Shown here: positions 40,001 to 52,279 of the stretch, piece by piece
How positions within the stretch are numbered: the first letter of the stretch is position 1
Layout: every line of letters starts with the position of its first letter
Source of the DNA: Camelus dromedarius
Lineage: Eukaryota
Direction of reading: 5' to 3'
Length of the DNA stretch: 64,000 nt
Assembly: GCF_036321535.1 (NCBI RefSeq)
Contig: NC_087436.1
Location: 90,460,001 to 90,524,000, forward strand
Program-made: the position numbers and the translations under genes
The notes under the pieces: model-generated
The model's input: only the letters and a program-made list of their open reading frames with translations
The model's database searches: none
What the model was told of the DNA's origin: nothing

Positions 40001-40214
40001 AAATATAACCCTAGCTTTCTAGTAATCTATACTTCAGTATCCAAAATACTTTTATTTTTAATGTTCATAAAGGTAAGTAATATTGCTATGACTTTGGGAT
40101 TTTTGATACCTAGTAGTAAAACAGAAATTTTAAAAAGATATTTACATAAATAAGAAAAGTTCTAGAGGAAAATATTTTGTGACCATCATTTTATTCTTCT
40201 GGGTGGACTCCTCT

Positions 40215-40835
40215 TCCCATGCCCCTTGCAAAATGCTCTTCTGTAGATCCCTTTCTATCATTTTTCTCTCCCTTCTCCCTTTCTTTTCCTTCCAAATCTT
40301 ACTCTTCACATTCACTTGATTTCATTAGTGTTCATTGCCCCACTTGTCAGCCATACATACGCACTCACGCACGCTCACACACACGTCTCCAGTCAGCTCT
40401 TTCCTGATTCGTGGATATATAAATCCATCTTACCAGCCTCTTCTCCTTAAAGGTTCTCAGGGACCTTGAAAACTCAGCGTGTGTCAAACTGAAGTCACTC
40501 TCCCTAAATTTATTGTGTTATGAATAGTATTACTCTCATTCTACTGCTCAGCCAGAAATCTACTCTTCTTACCTTGACTTCTCCCTCCTTCTTATCTTTC
40601 CCCTAGCCACTAAAGCACTCTAAGCCTCTAATCTTCTGAATCCTACAATCCAAAAAATCCTACAAAAAAATTCTATGATTTGAACCTATCCACTTTCCTA
40701 TTCCCATCTCTCCCAGCATTGCTACTATCATGATTTAGATCACAACCACTTCTTTCTTGGGTTAATGTTTAGCCTCTAATAAGTCTCTCTGCTCTGAGTT
40801 ATTCCCATGCCCACATGTTCTCCACACAGTAGCCT
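40215..40835 (+). mobile_element. L2 LINE remnant
   Basis: aaactcagcgtgtgtcaaactgaa; gctcagccagaaa...ccttgacttctccctc; ttctccacacagtagcc are typical L2 phrases. Confidence 0.6.
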
Positions 40836-41736
40836 ATTTTTCTTTTTGTTTTAATTGTCATTCATTTGTTTTGAAGTTAAAAAGAAGCTACTGTTGGATT
40901 TTAATATCTCTAGTTATTAAAAACTACTCTGACATTTGTATAGAGAAAGGGTTGGTCAAAACTCATGCCTAAACTAGTTTCCAATGATTCTCTTCATAAG
41001 GGATACCACAAAAATACCACTTTTCAGAGGCTGCTGCAAATGGTGGTGGGGAGGGGGCAGTGGTGGCCAAAGAATGAGCATTTGAGGTACCCAGTCCTCC
41101 CTTCCTGATTCAACCAAGAATCTCTGCATTTATCTTCTTTGTATGTTATAGTTCTACATTACTTTTATTGAAGATATATGACAGTATTTCCAAATCATTA
41201 TTATATCATTTTTCTAAATAAAAATTTATTGCAAATTCAGTATAAATATGCTTGCTATAGAAAAGCCTGATAAACAAAGCCATCTAACATGCCCCATCTG
41301 CTAAGAGCCCCAAATTCTCCTGGAAATTATTTTTGTTCTTAGTAAAATGAAGTTTACTCATTTACTTAGGTTATTTGGTTCTTTCTTTTAATGAGCAGGT
41401 TTAGCAGACTCAGATACAAGTCAACTTCCCAGTTAAATTAAATGATTAAAACTAATTCAATTTACTAAATATATTCTTAATAGAGAACATAAAGGGAAAA
41501 TTTTCAACAATATTTTCACAAGCATACACTGAAAATTGGAGCAATTGATTTTATAGCTAAAATCCAAGTAGTCCAACTGAGCTAATTTTTAATGCTTTCT
41601 TACTTATTATAAAATCAGAAATTCCTTTCTTGTTTTGTCTGTGATTTTATATTCTGGTATTTTGGATATTAATAGCTCCAGGCTGGAAAGCACTGGTTAT
41701 AGATAAATACTACCTTAGTTGGGGTTTTAGAATCTT

Positions 41737-41916
41737 GTTTTTTAATTAAAGTGTAGTCAGTTTACAGCATTGTGTCACTTTCTTGTGTACAGCATAATGT
41801 TTCAGTAATACATATATTCCTTCTCATATTCTTTTTCATGTAGGCTACCACAAGATATTGAATGTAGTTCCCTGTGCTATATGGTAGAAACCTGTTGTTC
41901 ATCTACTTTATATATA
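41737..41916 (-). mobile_element. Short 5'-truncated cetartiodactyl L1 3' end
   Basis: aagtgtagtcagtttacagcattgtgtca...caagatattgaatgtagttccctgtgctata, similar to the 3'UTR at 2450-2650. Confidence 0.85.
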
Positions 41917-42338
41917 ATATTATCTGCAAATACACCATTGTTTCCATTTTGCTCGTTCTCTTCATTGAAAAGCATTTAGATTTTTGTGTGTTTTTCATGG
42001 CAACTCACGTTGCAAAAGCAAACAGGAATATTTGCAAATTTGTCTCCAGGAATCGGTTGCTTGTCTGTTAACCACTGCATTCTTTTATGCTGAGTCCGGA
42101 GCAGCTCGCTGCACTACCACTTCCAGCATCCACCACCAAATCAATTAAAGATAGTAGTAATGATAAAATCTATTTGCCATCTCAGCTCAACTTTTAAATT
42201 TTGGTTATTTGCCCATCACTTGGGCTGCATAATTTTGCAGTCACCTTCTGGCTAATGTTAGCCGGGCTTAAGAAGAATTGTCTCATTTGTAGTATCTTCA
42301 TGCCCTCACTGACCTTCAATCTCTCCATCTTTTACTAG

Positions 42339-42472
42339 GACAGGAAAGTTGGAGAAAAGAAAGACTCCCAAAGATAGCCATCCTCTGTGGCCTGTGCTAG
42401 TTCTGAGACATGTTCCTTTCAATCAACACCAGAGTGGATGTATCTTGTCACTATAGCAACCATCTACTTTCG
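42339..42472 (+). other. Candidate spliced exon (134 nt) of an unidentified transcript; non-coding or 5'UTR/start-codon exon
   Basis: Branch point CTGAC (42309-42313), AG-free pyrimidine tract, TAG acceptor ending 42338, donor CG|GTAAGT (42473-42478); all three frames contain a stop. Confidence 0.45.
42447..42460 (+). promoter_or_regulatory. RFX X-box motif GTCACTATAGCAAC
   Basis: Fits the X-box consensus GTNRCY-AT-RGYAAC; function not shown. Confidence 0.4.
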
Positions 42473-43361
42473 GTAAGTTATTTCTACTATCTCTGATTTT
42501 CATTACGGACTCTACTTTAGTAATTCTGTACTAAAATAAGATTGCCATATTTAGCATTATTCCTAATTTGAGTCCTCTTATTTTCTAAATCTGCTACTTT
42601 GTGCTTTTAAACTGTTGTAAACACAATTTTACTTAAGTAACTCAAGTTTTTAAACTAACAGTAGAAATTTATCAGAAGGACAAATATACTATGCAATAGT
42701 ACAAAAATAGATGGTAATTTGATTTAAAGATCCAGGTAAAGTCGATGTTTTAGAAATGAAGATCTTCAAAATGTTCCTTATTTGGTTGTGTTAAGCAATT
42801 CCACCAACTCCTACCCCAAGTTTAGAGTGACATTGGCTGCTACTCTAGGTGATCTGAGTAGATTTCTTGGTTACTTATTCACTGGTACATGGCTGAAATT
42901 TCCAGATGATTCTCAGAGTGAAAATTTATGATTCTTCATGGGAAGCACAAGACAGGAGTAAACCATGTAAAAATTAGTGAACAGTAAATTATGTCCAGTA
43001 TAAAAATTCATGGTTTAAATAAGCTGTATATTTAAAAATATAAACAAAGAAATCATACATGTAAACTGTTATTTTTTATTTGACTAACCAATGAGAGAAA
43101 GCAAAAGATAGTAATCAGTGAGTTTTATTACATTTAATCTTTTTAAAGTTAATTTCTCTTTGGAACAACCATTTTTTCCAGCCTCATGTTTAATACATAT
43201 GAAATTACCAGCAATACTTTTTTTTCTTTTTATTGTCACAAATTGTCATTATTTTTAATAACATGGCTTTGTTACTTACTGTTTAGAAATTGAAATTTCC
43301 AACTATATTTAATCAAGGGTTTTTTTTTTTTTTTAAATCAGCAACTGTGTATTTTTATTAG

Positions 43362-43578
43362 CAGGGCAGGAAAAAGGGTGCAGCTGAGTTATGCAAATGC
43401 AAGGTCAGGTCCTTTATTTAAAAGCTTTATATTTTGCTTATCATTGATTTTTTGCATTAAATTGTATTTTTTTAATTATGGCATTAAAACATTTGTCTTG
43501 AATATTGAGTTATTTGCTATACCCTAAATCCTATACCTAAAGTGAGTGCCTAACTCTCTCATCCCAACTACAGTCCTA
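43362..43578. mobile_element. hAT-Tip100 MITE (MER96B/MER91-like)
   Basis: Termini cagggc.../...cagtccta; internal aaagtgagtgcctaactc; 8-bp TSD TTTATTAG (43354-43361) vs TTTATTAT (43579-43586). Confidence 0.65.
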
Positions 43579-45419
43579 TTTATTATCAAGATTCCTTGAG
43601 AGGTTTGACATATTCATTTATAATATTTAAAGTTTTGTTACTAAAAATGCTACATAATAGATTTATGACCCCATGAAAAGATTTTATTTGTAAAGAACAT
43701 TTTCATTTCATAGTCAATGAGAACAAATTGTTGATAATAACAAATCCTTGTGGCTTTCCTTCTGATGACTTCCCAGGAAAGTATGAAGTCATAGTAAACA
43801 GATAAGAAAATAATTGTCTTATATGAGCATTCTAATTTTAAAAATTGAAATTATTTCTATCTGATGAATTATTTTTTAAAGAGTAGAAAGCCCATTTACT
43901 TGTATAAAAGAGGTACTTTTATCTAGGGTCGGCTTTTCAAAATGAATGAAAGTCTAGATATCAAGCCAGTCTTATGTTGTTGTGCCACAGATGTTTATAG
44001 AAGAAAGACAACTTTAACAATGATGTACTTTAATTAAACCTATAATATTTTCTAGTGGTCTCTTCCTCATTTTAAAAATGAGAGCTCCACATTTAATTAC
44101 ATATTTGACTAGCCTTGTCATAAGTGAGGCAATAAAAATAAGATAAGGAGAGTTTAACATAAGGTGAATTATGTGTTGGATTTGTCTCTTCAGCTGGAGT
44201 GACACAGGGAGAGAGAAAAGAAAAACAGAATATTTTTCAGCAAATAAATATTTCTCTCTCTAAGACTTAAAGCTTTATTTCCGTAGTTTGAAATAAGAAA
44301 TTATTGAAGGACCATAATGCTCCTGTTGATTTTATGAATCTAAATATTATGTGGCCAGTTAAAAAGATAAATATATTATTTAATTTTGATGATATTTCAT
44401 TCATTGCTTGATATTTCATAAGTCCTAAGAACATTGGTATGCATTTAAATCCCTGGATATATGTATTAAAATATTTTACATTTATAGCAAGAAATATGCT
44501 ATGGACAAAAGTCCATGAGAGTGAAATAATTGTATCAGATAAAGGATTGTTGAACTCTGTTTCTCTGAGGCAGTTTCAGATGTTTGACTTAATACTAGAA
44601 AATCATTTAATTTAAAAGAGCTATATAAGGGAAAGGAATTTTCTTTTGCATTTGGTACTTACTGTTCTTATATGAAATTATATGCTCCTATTCTTCAATG
44701 TTAATGTGAATAGAAGGAATTAACTCAGTGTGAAGGTACTTCACAGTATGGTGTGCTGCAGGAAATAATGCCAAATACATGACAAGTAGAATTAGTAATT
44801 AAAATCAGGCATATACTCATTATCACAGTATGATTAAATATATCTACACTCTTACTGACAAGCATCATTGGAGATAGCACTGAGAATAAGTGAAAAGTTC
44901 ATTTCATAATTTAAGACAAATTATAATCTTTACTGAGGACCTTAATAACAACAGATTTTGCCATGCATGTGTGCTCTGTGTGTGTGTGTTGATTTTCATA
45001 GATGGCAGCTATACAAATAGTTACCTCATTATGCTAATTTCTAAAGTCACCAAAGACAAATCCTTTATATGAAGTGAGTCTTGCATTTAGAAGAACACAT
45101 TGCTGTACGTTCACTTACTAGCTAAGTGGTGACTGCTGCATCACCAACTCCTTACAAGCTGAGTTGGTGCCTTAGCAGAATTATAGGATTACAACTTTGG
45201 AGTTTCTCACAATAGTCAAGTCCTTGGCATAATAAACACCCAAATTCCGTAATCATTTTCTATCATCTTTTTGACATTTCCTTAAAGAAAAACTACATTA
45301 GATATTACATAATAATGTGTCTAAATATCTATATAGATATACAGAGAGATATCTCTACCTCTATAATATCTATATAAAGGAATATTAGTAAATAAAAGTT
45401 TAATAATCTTGTAACATCG

Positions 45420-46257
45420 TTCTTTTTTATTGAAGTATAGTTGATTTGCAATGTTGTGTTAGCTTCTGGTATACAGCATAGTGATTCAGTTATACATGTA
45501 TATATTATTTTTCATTATAGGTTATTACAAAATATTGAATATGGTTTCTTGTGTTATACACTAGGACCTTGTTGTTTATCTGTTTTATATACAGTAGTTT
45601 GTATGTGCTAATCCCAAACTCCTAATTTACCCCTCCCTCACCTTTCCCCTTTGGTAACCATAAATTGTTTTGTGCCTTTGAGTCTGTTTCTGTTTTGTAA
45701 ATAAGTTCATCTGTATCATTTCTTATATTCCACATATTAGTTATATCACTTGATATGTGTCTTTCTCTTTCTGGATTTCTTCATTTAGTATGACAGTCTC
45801 CAGATCCAGCCATGTTGCTGCAAATGGCATTTCATTCTTTTTTATGGCTGAGTGGTATTCGTTGTGTATATGTGCCACGACTTCTATATCCAGTTATCTT
45901 ATCAGTGGACATTTAGGTTATTTCCATGTCTTGGCTGTTGTAAATAGTGCTGCTATGAACTTTGAGGTTAGAGCTTTCATCAGATATATGCCCATGGATG
46001 GGATTGCTGGATCATATAGTAAGGCTAGTTTTAGTTTTTTTAAGAAATCTTTATACTGTTTTGCACACTGGCTGCACCAAATTGCATTCCTACCAACAGT
46101 ATAGGAGGGTTCCCTTTCTTCCACATCCTTTCCAGAATTAATCATCTGTGGACTTTTTAATGATGGCCATTCTGACCAGTGTGCGATGAAACCTCATTGT
46201 ACTTTTGATATGCATTTCTGTGGTAATTAATTAGCAATATTGAGCATTTTTTCATGT
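45420..46257 (-). mobile_element. 5'-truncated cetartiodactyl LINE-1 3' end
   Basis: 3'UTR similar to that of 2449-9385; ORF 45918-46145 [11 protein letters not shown]...[13 protein letters not shown]. Confidence 0.9.
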
Positions 46258-47514
46258 TAAGCTCCATTGTTTAGTGCATATATTCAGCCAACTCTTTAGA
46301 CTTACTTCATGTAAATCACAGAAACTCTTCTTCAATAGACCAATAAATATTTGTTGATTATGATGTGGAACTTATAAAAAGATAAAACTTTATTTTTCAT
46401 TATTATTTTTATTCAATAAATATTTATTGAGTGTCTGAATCCTTATAAGGAAATATTTACAGAAACCCTGAAAATTACCTACAAGAATATGTGAAAGGTC
46501 AACTAGCAAGACAGTTTGTTTATTTTTTATACCCAATATTGCACACATATACACACACAGAAACACACACACATACATCCTTCCATATATACACACAAAT
46601 ATTGATACTTTGTATTTTTGTATCACTTGAAATTAAAAAAATAATGATTCCCATTACTGAGTCATACATCTGACTTTACAGTTTGGTCTCACTCTCTCTG
46701 TATAGTACTTCTGCTTTCTGTTTCAAAAGAAGAGTGAGAATTTCAAGTCCCAGATTGAACTCTTCAATGGGAATGCGTCCTAATCTTGGGCACTGCTGAG
46801 AGATAAGAGCTAATAGAGAGAAATGCATAACAAGGCAGAAAACAGTCCTTTCTCTATGCCATAGTACTGTAGATGAAATAGCTTTTCTATTTGTCACTAG
46901 CAATTGGTTTGAAGTGCAATAGAAATAAAATTTAATGTGTAATATAAACAATATATGAAATATCTAGTAAAAAAATAAGTTGCCTATGGTAAAAACTATA
47001 AAAGTTATTGAGGAAAAGCAAAATAAATTGGAAAATGGCAGGAGAATGCAATTATAAGTCATATAATAAATACAGTAAAAGTATATATCTGTAAAACTTA
47101 CTATACATCAATAACAAAGATATTCCTATTTATTTTTCCCTTAATTAACATGGTAGAATACCTATATTAGACAAAACTCCAATTCTATAGTTACTGAAAT
47201 TTATGAAGTGTTTTTTCAAACATTAAAACACATTCCATATGAATGATAATCAAAATACAATTATTATAGCATCAAAGATACACAATCAGAATAATAAATT
47301 GAAATAAAGTCTAGAAGCAAGACAGAGTCCATGTGGAAATGTAAATGAGGCAAGTTTTTATAATATATCTACATCATAAATTAATATTACAAATGTATCA
47401 CTGCCTCATTTTATGGAGTACTAAAATGCTGTTGGACTTTAAAATGTCTGATGGATTTAAAATATGAATATAAAAGAATCTTTAAAGAAGTACCAGAAGA
47501 TTAAATATGTAGTT

Positions 47515-47517
<3 letters not shown>

Positions 47518-47554
<37 letters not shown>
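47518..47554. repeat. (TA)n microsatellite
   Basis: Directly visible. Confidence 0.95.
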
Positions 47555-47557
<3 letters not shown>

Positions 47558-47663
47558 TTAGTGAAAAGAAGTAAACAAGAAGTAGAAAAGCTAAAAAACT
47601 GATATATGTCTTACATAAAAATGCAAATACTACTAAAAAAAAACAAGAAATAAAATTTCAATG

Positions 47664-47938
47664 ACAAACTTGTGGTTGCCAAAGGGGTAGGGGGTGGGAA
47701 GGGATAGACGGGATTTCAAAATTGTAGAATAGATAAACAAGATTATACTGTATAGCACAGGGAAATATACACAATATCTTAGGGTAGCTCACAGAGAAAA
47801 AAATGTGACAATATATATATGTTCATGTATAACTGAAAAATTGTGCTCTACACTGGAATTTGACACAACATTGTAAAATGATTATAAATCAATAAAAATA
47901 AATAAATAATAAAATAAAGAATAAATAAATAAATAAAA
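47664..47938 (+). mobile_element. Young (camelid-like) L1 3'UTR with (AAAT)n tail
   Basis: Near-identical reverse complement of ~62157-62385 (caaacttgtggttgccaa...ctacactggaatttgacacaacattgtaaaatgattataaatcaataaaaa). Confidence 0.92.
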
Positions 47939-50900
47939 GACAATTTGGAAAAAAATTTTGTGAATCATGATCTAAATAATTAATATCCATAAAACATAAG
48001 TAACTTATAAATCAATACAAAATAGAAACAGGCATTATACAAAAGAAGAAGAATAAAGTGTTCATTCAATAAGAATAAATCACAGTATGAATTTTTTAAA
48101 TGTGCAGTTAAAACAATGAGAGAACATTTATCCCATTAGTAAAATTTTAAAGGTAATGAAAATAAGCAGGCTGGTGAGGTGTAGAAATTGAATCCCTTAT
48201 ACTTACTGGTGTAAATATAAATTATTTGAACTGTATAACTGTCAATACACTTAAAATACATATACTCTTTTATCTAACCATTAGTGTTACAGAAATGTGT
48301 CACATTACAAATGCAATTCAAATATAGAGGTAAGATAAGCTTAACTAAATTTTATCTTAATATGAATGTTTAGGTATAAATATAAAGGATCGATAGTAAA
48401 ATCTATTTTTTAATTATGTAAAGGAATAGTATGAAATTTTTAAGAGCTAGGCTACTGTTAAAGGAGAACAGAGGAGAGTATATAGTGAACAGTTATGAGT
48501 AGCAGACATTCTCTGTAATGAAGAGATAATAATGTAAACCAATACAAGGATAGAGATTTTTATTCTGAAAAAAATATCTGCTTAACCCACATCATGTGTA
48601 TTACCAATGGCCCCCATGGCATGAAACCATAGACTATGCAGAAGTGTCCATTTATGTGTCCACCATGAACAATCAGTGACCACAGACAGTAGTTACTGTC
48701 ATCGTGAAACAGAAGGAAAATCAAAAGAAGTCACCTGTAAAACTCAAGACTTGAAAGGCTAGATATTTCATAGAAATCTGAATTGTACTTTACTTAAAAT
48801 GTTTATTAGTTAAGGTTATAATGAACTTCTCATTGCTACACTTCCTAAGATTTTTTCAGACTTTAATTTCCCACATCCATTGGCACAGCAAAGCACATCC
48901 TCCGTCACTATATGCCTCCCACCCTCCCAACATTCGGTGGCTTTTGATACTTTTCTATTAAATAGTCCCTCATCTCTTTTATCATACCTTAGCCTTCTCT
49001 GTCCCTGTTTTTTCATCCAAAATTTTAAAAAAATTGATGTTCCACAAGATCTCAACTAAAACTCTGCTATTTGCACCTAAAACACCCAAATTTTGCCTCT
49101 GTTGTATTTCTATAACTTTCTAACCACCTTTGCACTGATGATTATTGAATTTACTCTAGACTTTCCAGTAAGAGTCAGTTACATATTTTCACCTACTAGT
49201 TTTCAGTACCCAATTAAAAATTCATTACTCTGAGAAGCATGAGACTTAGATTCCGTGTCTTATACTCTTAGTCTTTCTCCTGTGATTCTGTGATGTTTTG
49301 GACATACTTTGATAGTTTCATATAATTTAAAAATGACTTATTTACAGATTTATCTCCAAATGGTATAGAATGACTTTTTTAATAGGAAATGGATGGGGTT
49401 TTTTTTTTTTGTCCTATACACAAGGCCTTATCACTTTAATTAATCATTTAAAAACAAAAAAGTCTTCCTAGTGAAATATCAGTGAGTGACAGTCATTCAG
49501 ATAGCATGATTTTCTAGATCTATTCCACTAAAAGAAACCTAAAATGAGATTTTTACCTAGGAATCTGATTCTTTGACCTATTAAAGGTAAAAGCATGCCT
49601 CCCTAATAAATTATGGTGCAAGAATTTCAAATCCGCACAAAGGAATTTAATGCCTAAAATGTCTTGAAGCAAATCACTAAAGAGTACAATAATTAAAGAA
49701 CCATGGAATAAGAACAAAGGATATTTTCTTGGTGAAAAAAAAAAGACTATTTTAATACAGGATCTGGCTTAATTGAATTGCTTTCTGAACACTTTACTCT
49801 AATGAAAAGTGAATTTTAATTACTGAAGAAGTATCATTCTAGTGATTACTTTCAAGGTTTTTGATAACTCATCAGTAGGGGTCACAATGTTATAAGAAGG
49901 TGGCGAGGAGAGAAATAGTATTGCCCATTGAATACTTAAAATGAATGCACCATGAAGAATCCAACCCTGAAAAACACTGGCTGTAGTTTGCTCAGTGGGC
50001 AACCTTGACAACTGAAGAAGTCAGAGCAGATTCTGTCAGTCTTCTGCAAAATCACACTCTCCTTTCCCTGGGTCTTGTTGTATGAAATAAGAGAAAAGGG
50101 AAGGTGGAGACAGTCTCTAAGGACCAAGGGCTGTGAAATGCTAAGAAATAAAATGAAAACAAAGGAACGCCAGTGCCTAAATTCGGCTTTGCTAGTAACA
50201 TGTGCCAGAGGTAATGGTCCATTAGCTGATGAATAAAATTATTCCCAAATGGAGATATGTGTCATTTATAATAGGGAATTATATAACAAAGTAAGTACTC
50301 AAGCAGTAAGGGTAATCAGCTGGAGAATTACTTGCAGGACTTATTGAAGGGCAGACATAATATGAAGTAACATAAAACAGAAGGGAAGAGATCAGCACAA
50401 AATATTTCTTTATCACTAATATTTTGGTACATTTTGATCAATATTACTTATGTATTTTTCTGGTAACTATTACACAGATAAAATGAGTCATAAAAATATT
50501 AAGTTATCCCTTACATTGTGGGATTAATATTCAATTATGTTTAGAATTTTATGAACCATTACAATCAAATAAGTGATTTATAAACATTCAAAGAAATAAA
50601 ACTCAGAGTCAGCATTCTGAAGAGTGGTTATTTTCCCAGACACAATAATATATCTGCTGAGACAGTCGAATAAGAAGAAATAATTTTGCTCACTGCATGA
50701 GCAACTGTATCTGCACGAATAGTTCTCCAGGATATGGAATATTGCGGAATTAAAAAACAAAATCGAATAGACTTGACCAGATTCATTGTCAGAGCATCTT
50801 GGAGTTCTCTTTTACTTACAAATTATTACTTTGGGATTATTTAGAATGCAGGATAATGGTTTTATCAGTCATAATCTGGCAAAATTTCTTCAGGCAATTG

Positions 50901-52279
50901 GGATACCAAATTAAATATTGTGCACAAGTATTTCAGGACAATTAATGAAGAAAACTATTATAAATGATCAGAATCTCTATATAGTTTTTATTGATAAAGG
51001 AAACACAACTTTGGTAAAGAATCAAAAGATTCTGGGCTTGTTGGGATATTCATTCAGATTTAGTCAATGTACATAATTTTTGGTTTCGTAAGTGAAAAAT
51101 GTCATCTGGAACATATTAAAGAAGAGTCTAGAAACTGAGTAGTAGTAGCATGGTAAATGTAAAAGTTTAAAGATTTTCACTAGAAAAAAAAATCTGTAAA
51201 AATAATATAGTTGCAGACATTTATGAAGTAAAATGAATAGAGGCACAGAACATTTAACTCTTCCATCTCAAAGGACTGCTGTATAAATGTGACTAAGAGT
51301 ATTGAAACAATGGTCTTATGCTAAGTGTGTACACATATTACACATTTATCTGACAGAGTTACAGCTTTTCACACTGCAGAGCACTCTTCTAAACAGCAGA
51401 AACTCAAAGATGAATAGAGTCTGATTCTTGTTTTCACAGAAGAAAAGTAGAGTTGAACCCATACCTTTTCACGTAACTGTATCTAACTTGGAAATATGTG
51501 CATGTGCATATAAGTTATAAAAATGAAAAACATTCTCTCCCTGTTTTAAATAAAAGAACCTATAAATAGTACTTTTATTTCTGAAGAAGTTTAAAAAATG
51601 TGTAGAGAGAGAGAGCACTTATTTTCATCTTCCTGCAGTCTTTTGGCATGGAGTAAAACCAACAAAAACTTCAACAGCAGTGGAGTATCAGTATATAAGC
51701 AGGTGACCAGGAGGAGACTGGCATGATTAGAATAAATGCTACAAATGGGATTTAGTGGGAATTGTCCTTGAGAGAGACCAGGGAAAATATGGGGACAATG
51801 ACATTTGTTAGCTCAAGATTGATTTAAGTTTTATGCTTATTCTATATTTTTATCAAGATAGTGAGGTGGCTTGATAAACATGTGTTAACTTGGTTTTGGT
51901 CAACTTTAGTTCTAAGTGCAGTGCCTCATTAATATACTTTTATTATTTATTATCATTTTTATTTTTTAAGTTGACATCATTTTTTTTTACCCACACCAGC
52001 GGAGGGGAGGTTTGGCATAGACACAGCAAAGTCAAGAAATGTATGTTTTTTTAATATTTAGTTTTAGTGCATGATTTTGTTCCATCCCTAATTGAAAATT
52101 TCTTAGTTATAGTTAGCATAGACAACATTCAAATTATTTCATATTCACTGAAAACATATAAATCACCCATAGCCATTGATAGCCATGAAGCCTCCTGGCA
52201 GGCAGTGGGGAAACAGTAATTAATATTTTAAGGTATTCTACATCCTAACTTTTAAGGTGGAAAACAGTGCATTTTTAGA

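Larger units (their letters stand above)
47000..48330 (+). mobile_element. Ancient (L1ME-like) LINE-1 3' ORF2 remnant
   Basis: Very decayed A-rich L1-like phrases (ataaagtctagaagcaagac; gtgcagttaaaacaatgaga; gctggtgaggtgtagaa). Confidence 0.45.

Noticed and set aside
45325..45356. Palindromes ATATCTATATAGATAT and AGAGATATCTCT
   Set aside because: Low-complexity AT/GA sequence in which palindromes arise trivially.
46413..46430. 18-bp palindrome TCAATAAATATTTATTGA
   Set aside because: Typical of the L2 3' terminal sequence, so explained by a known repeat.
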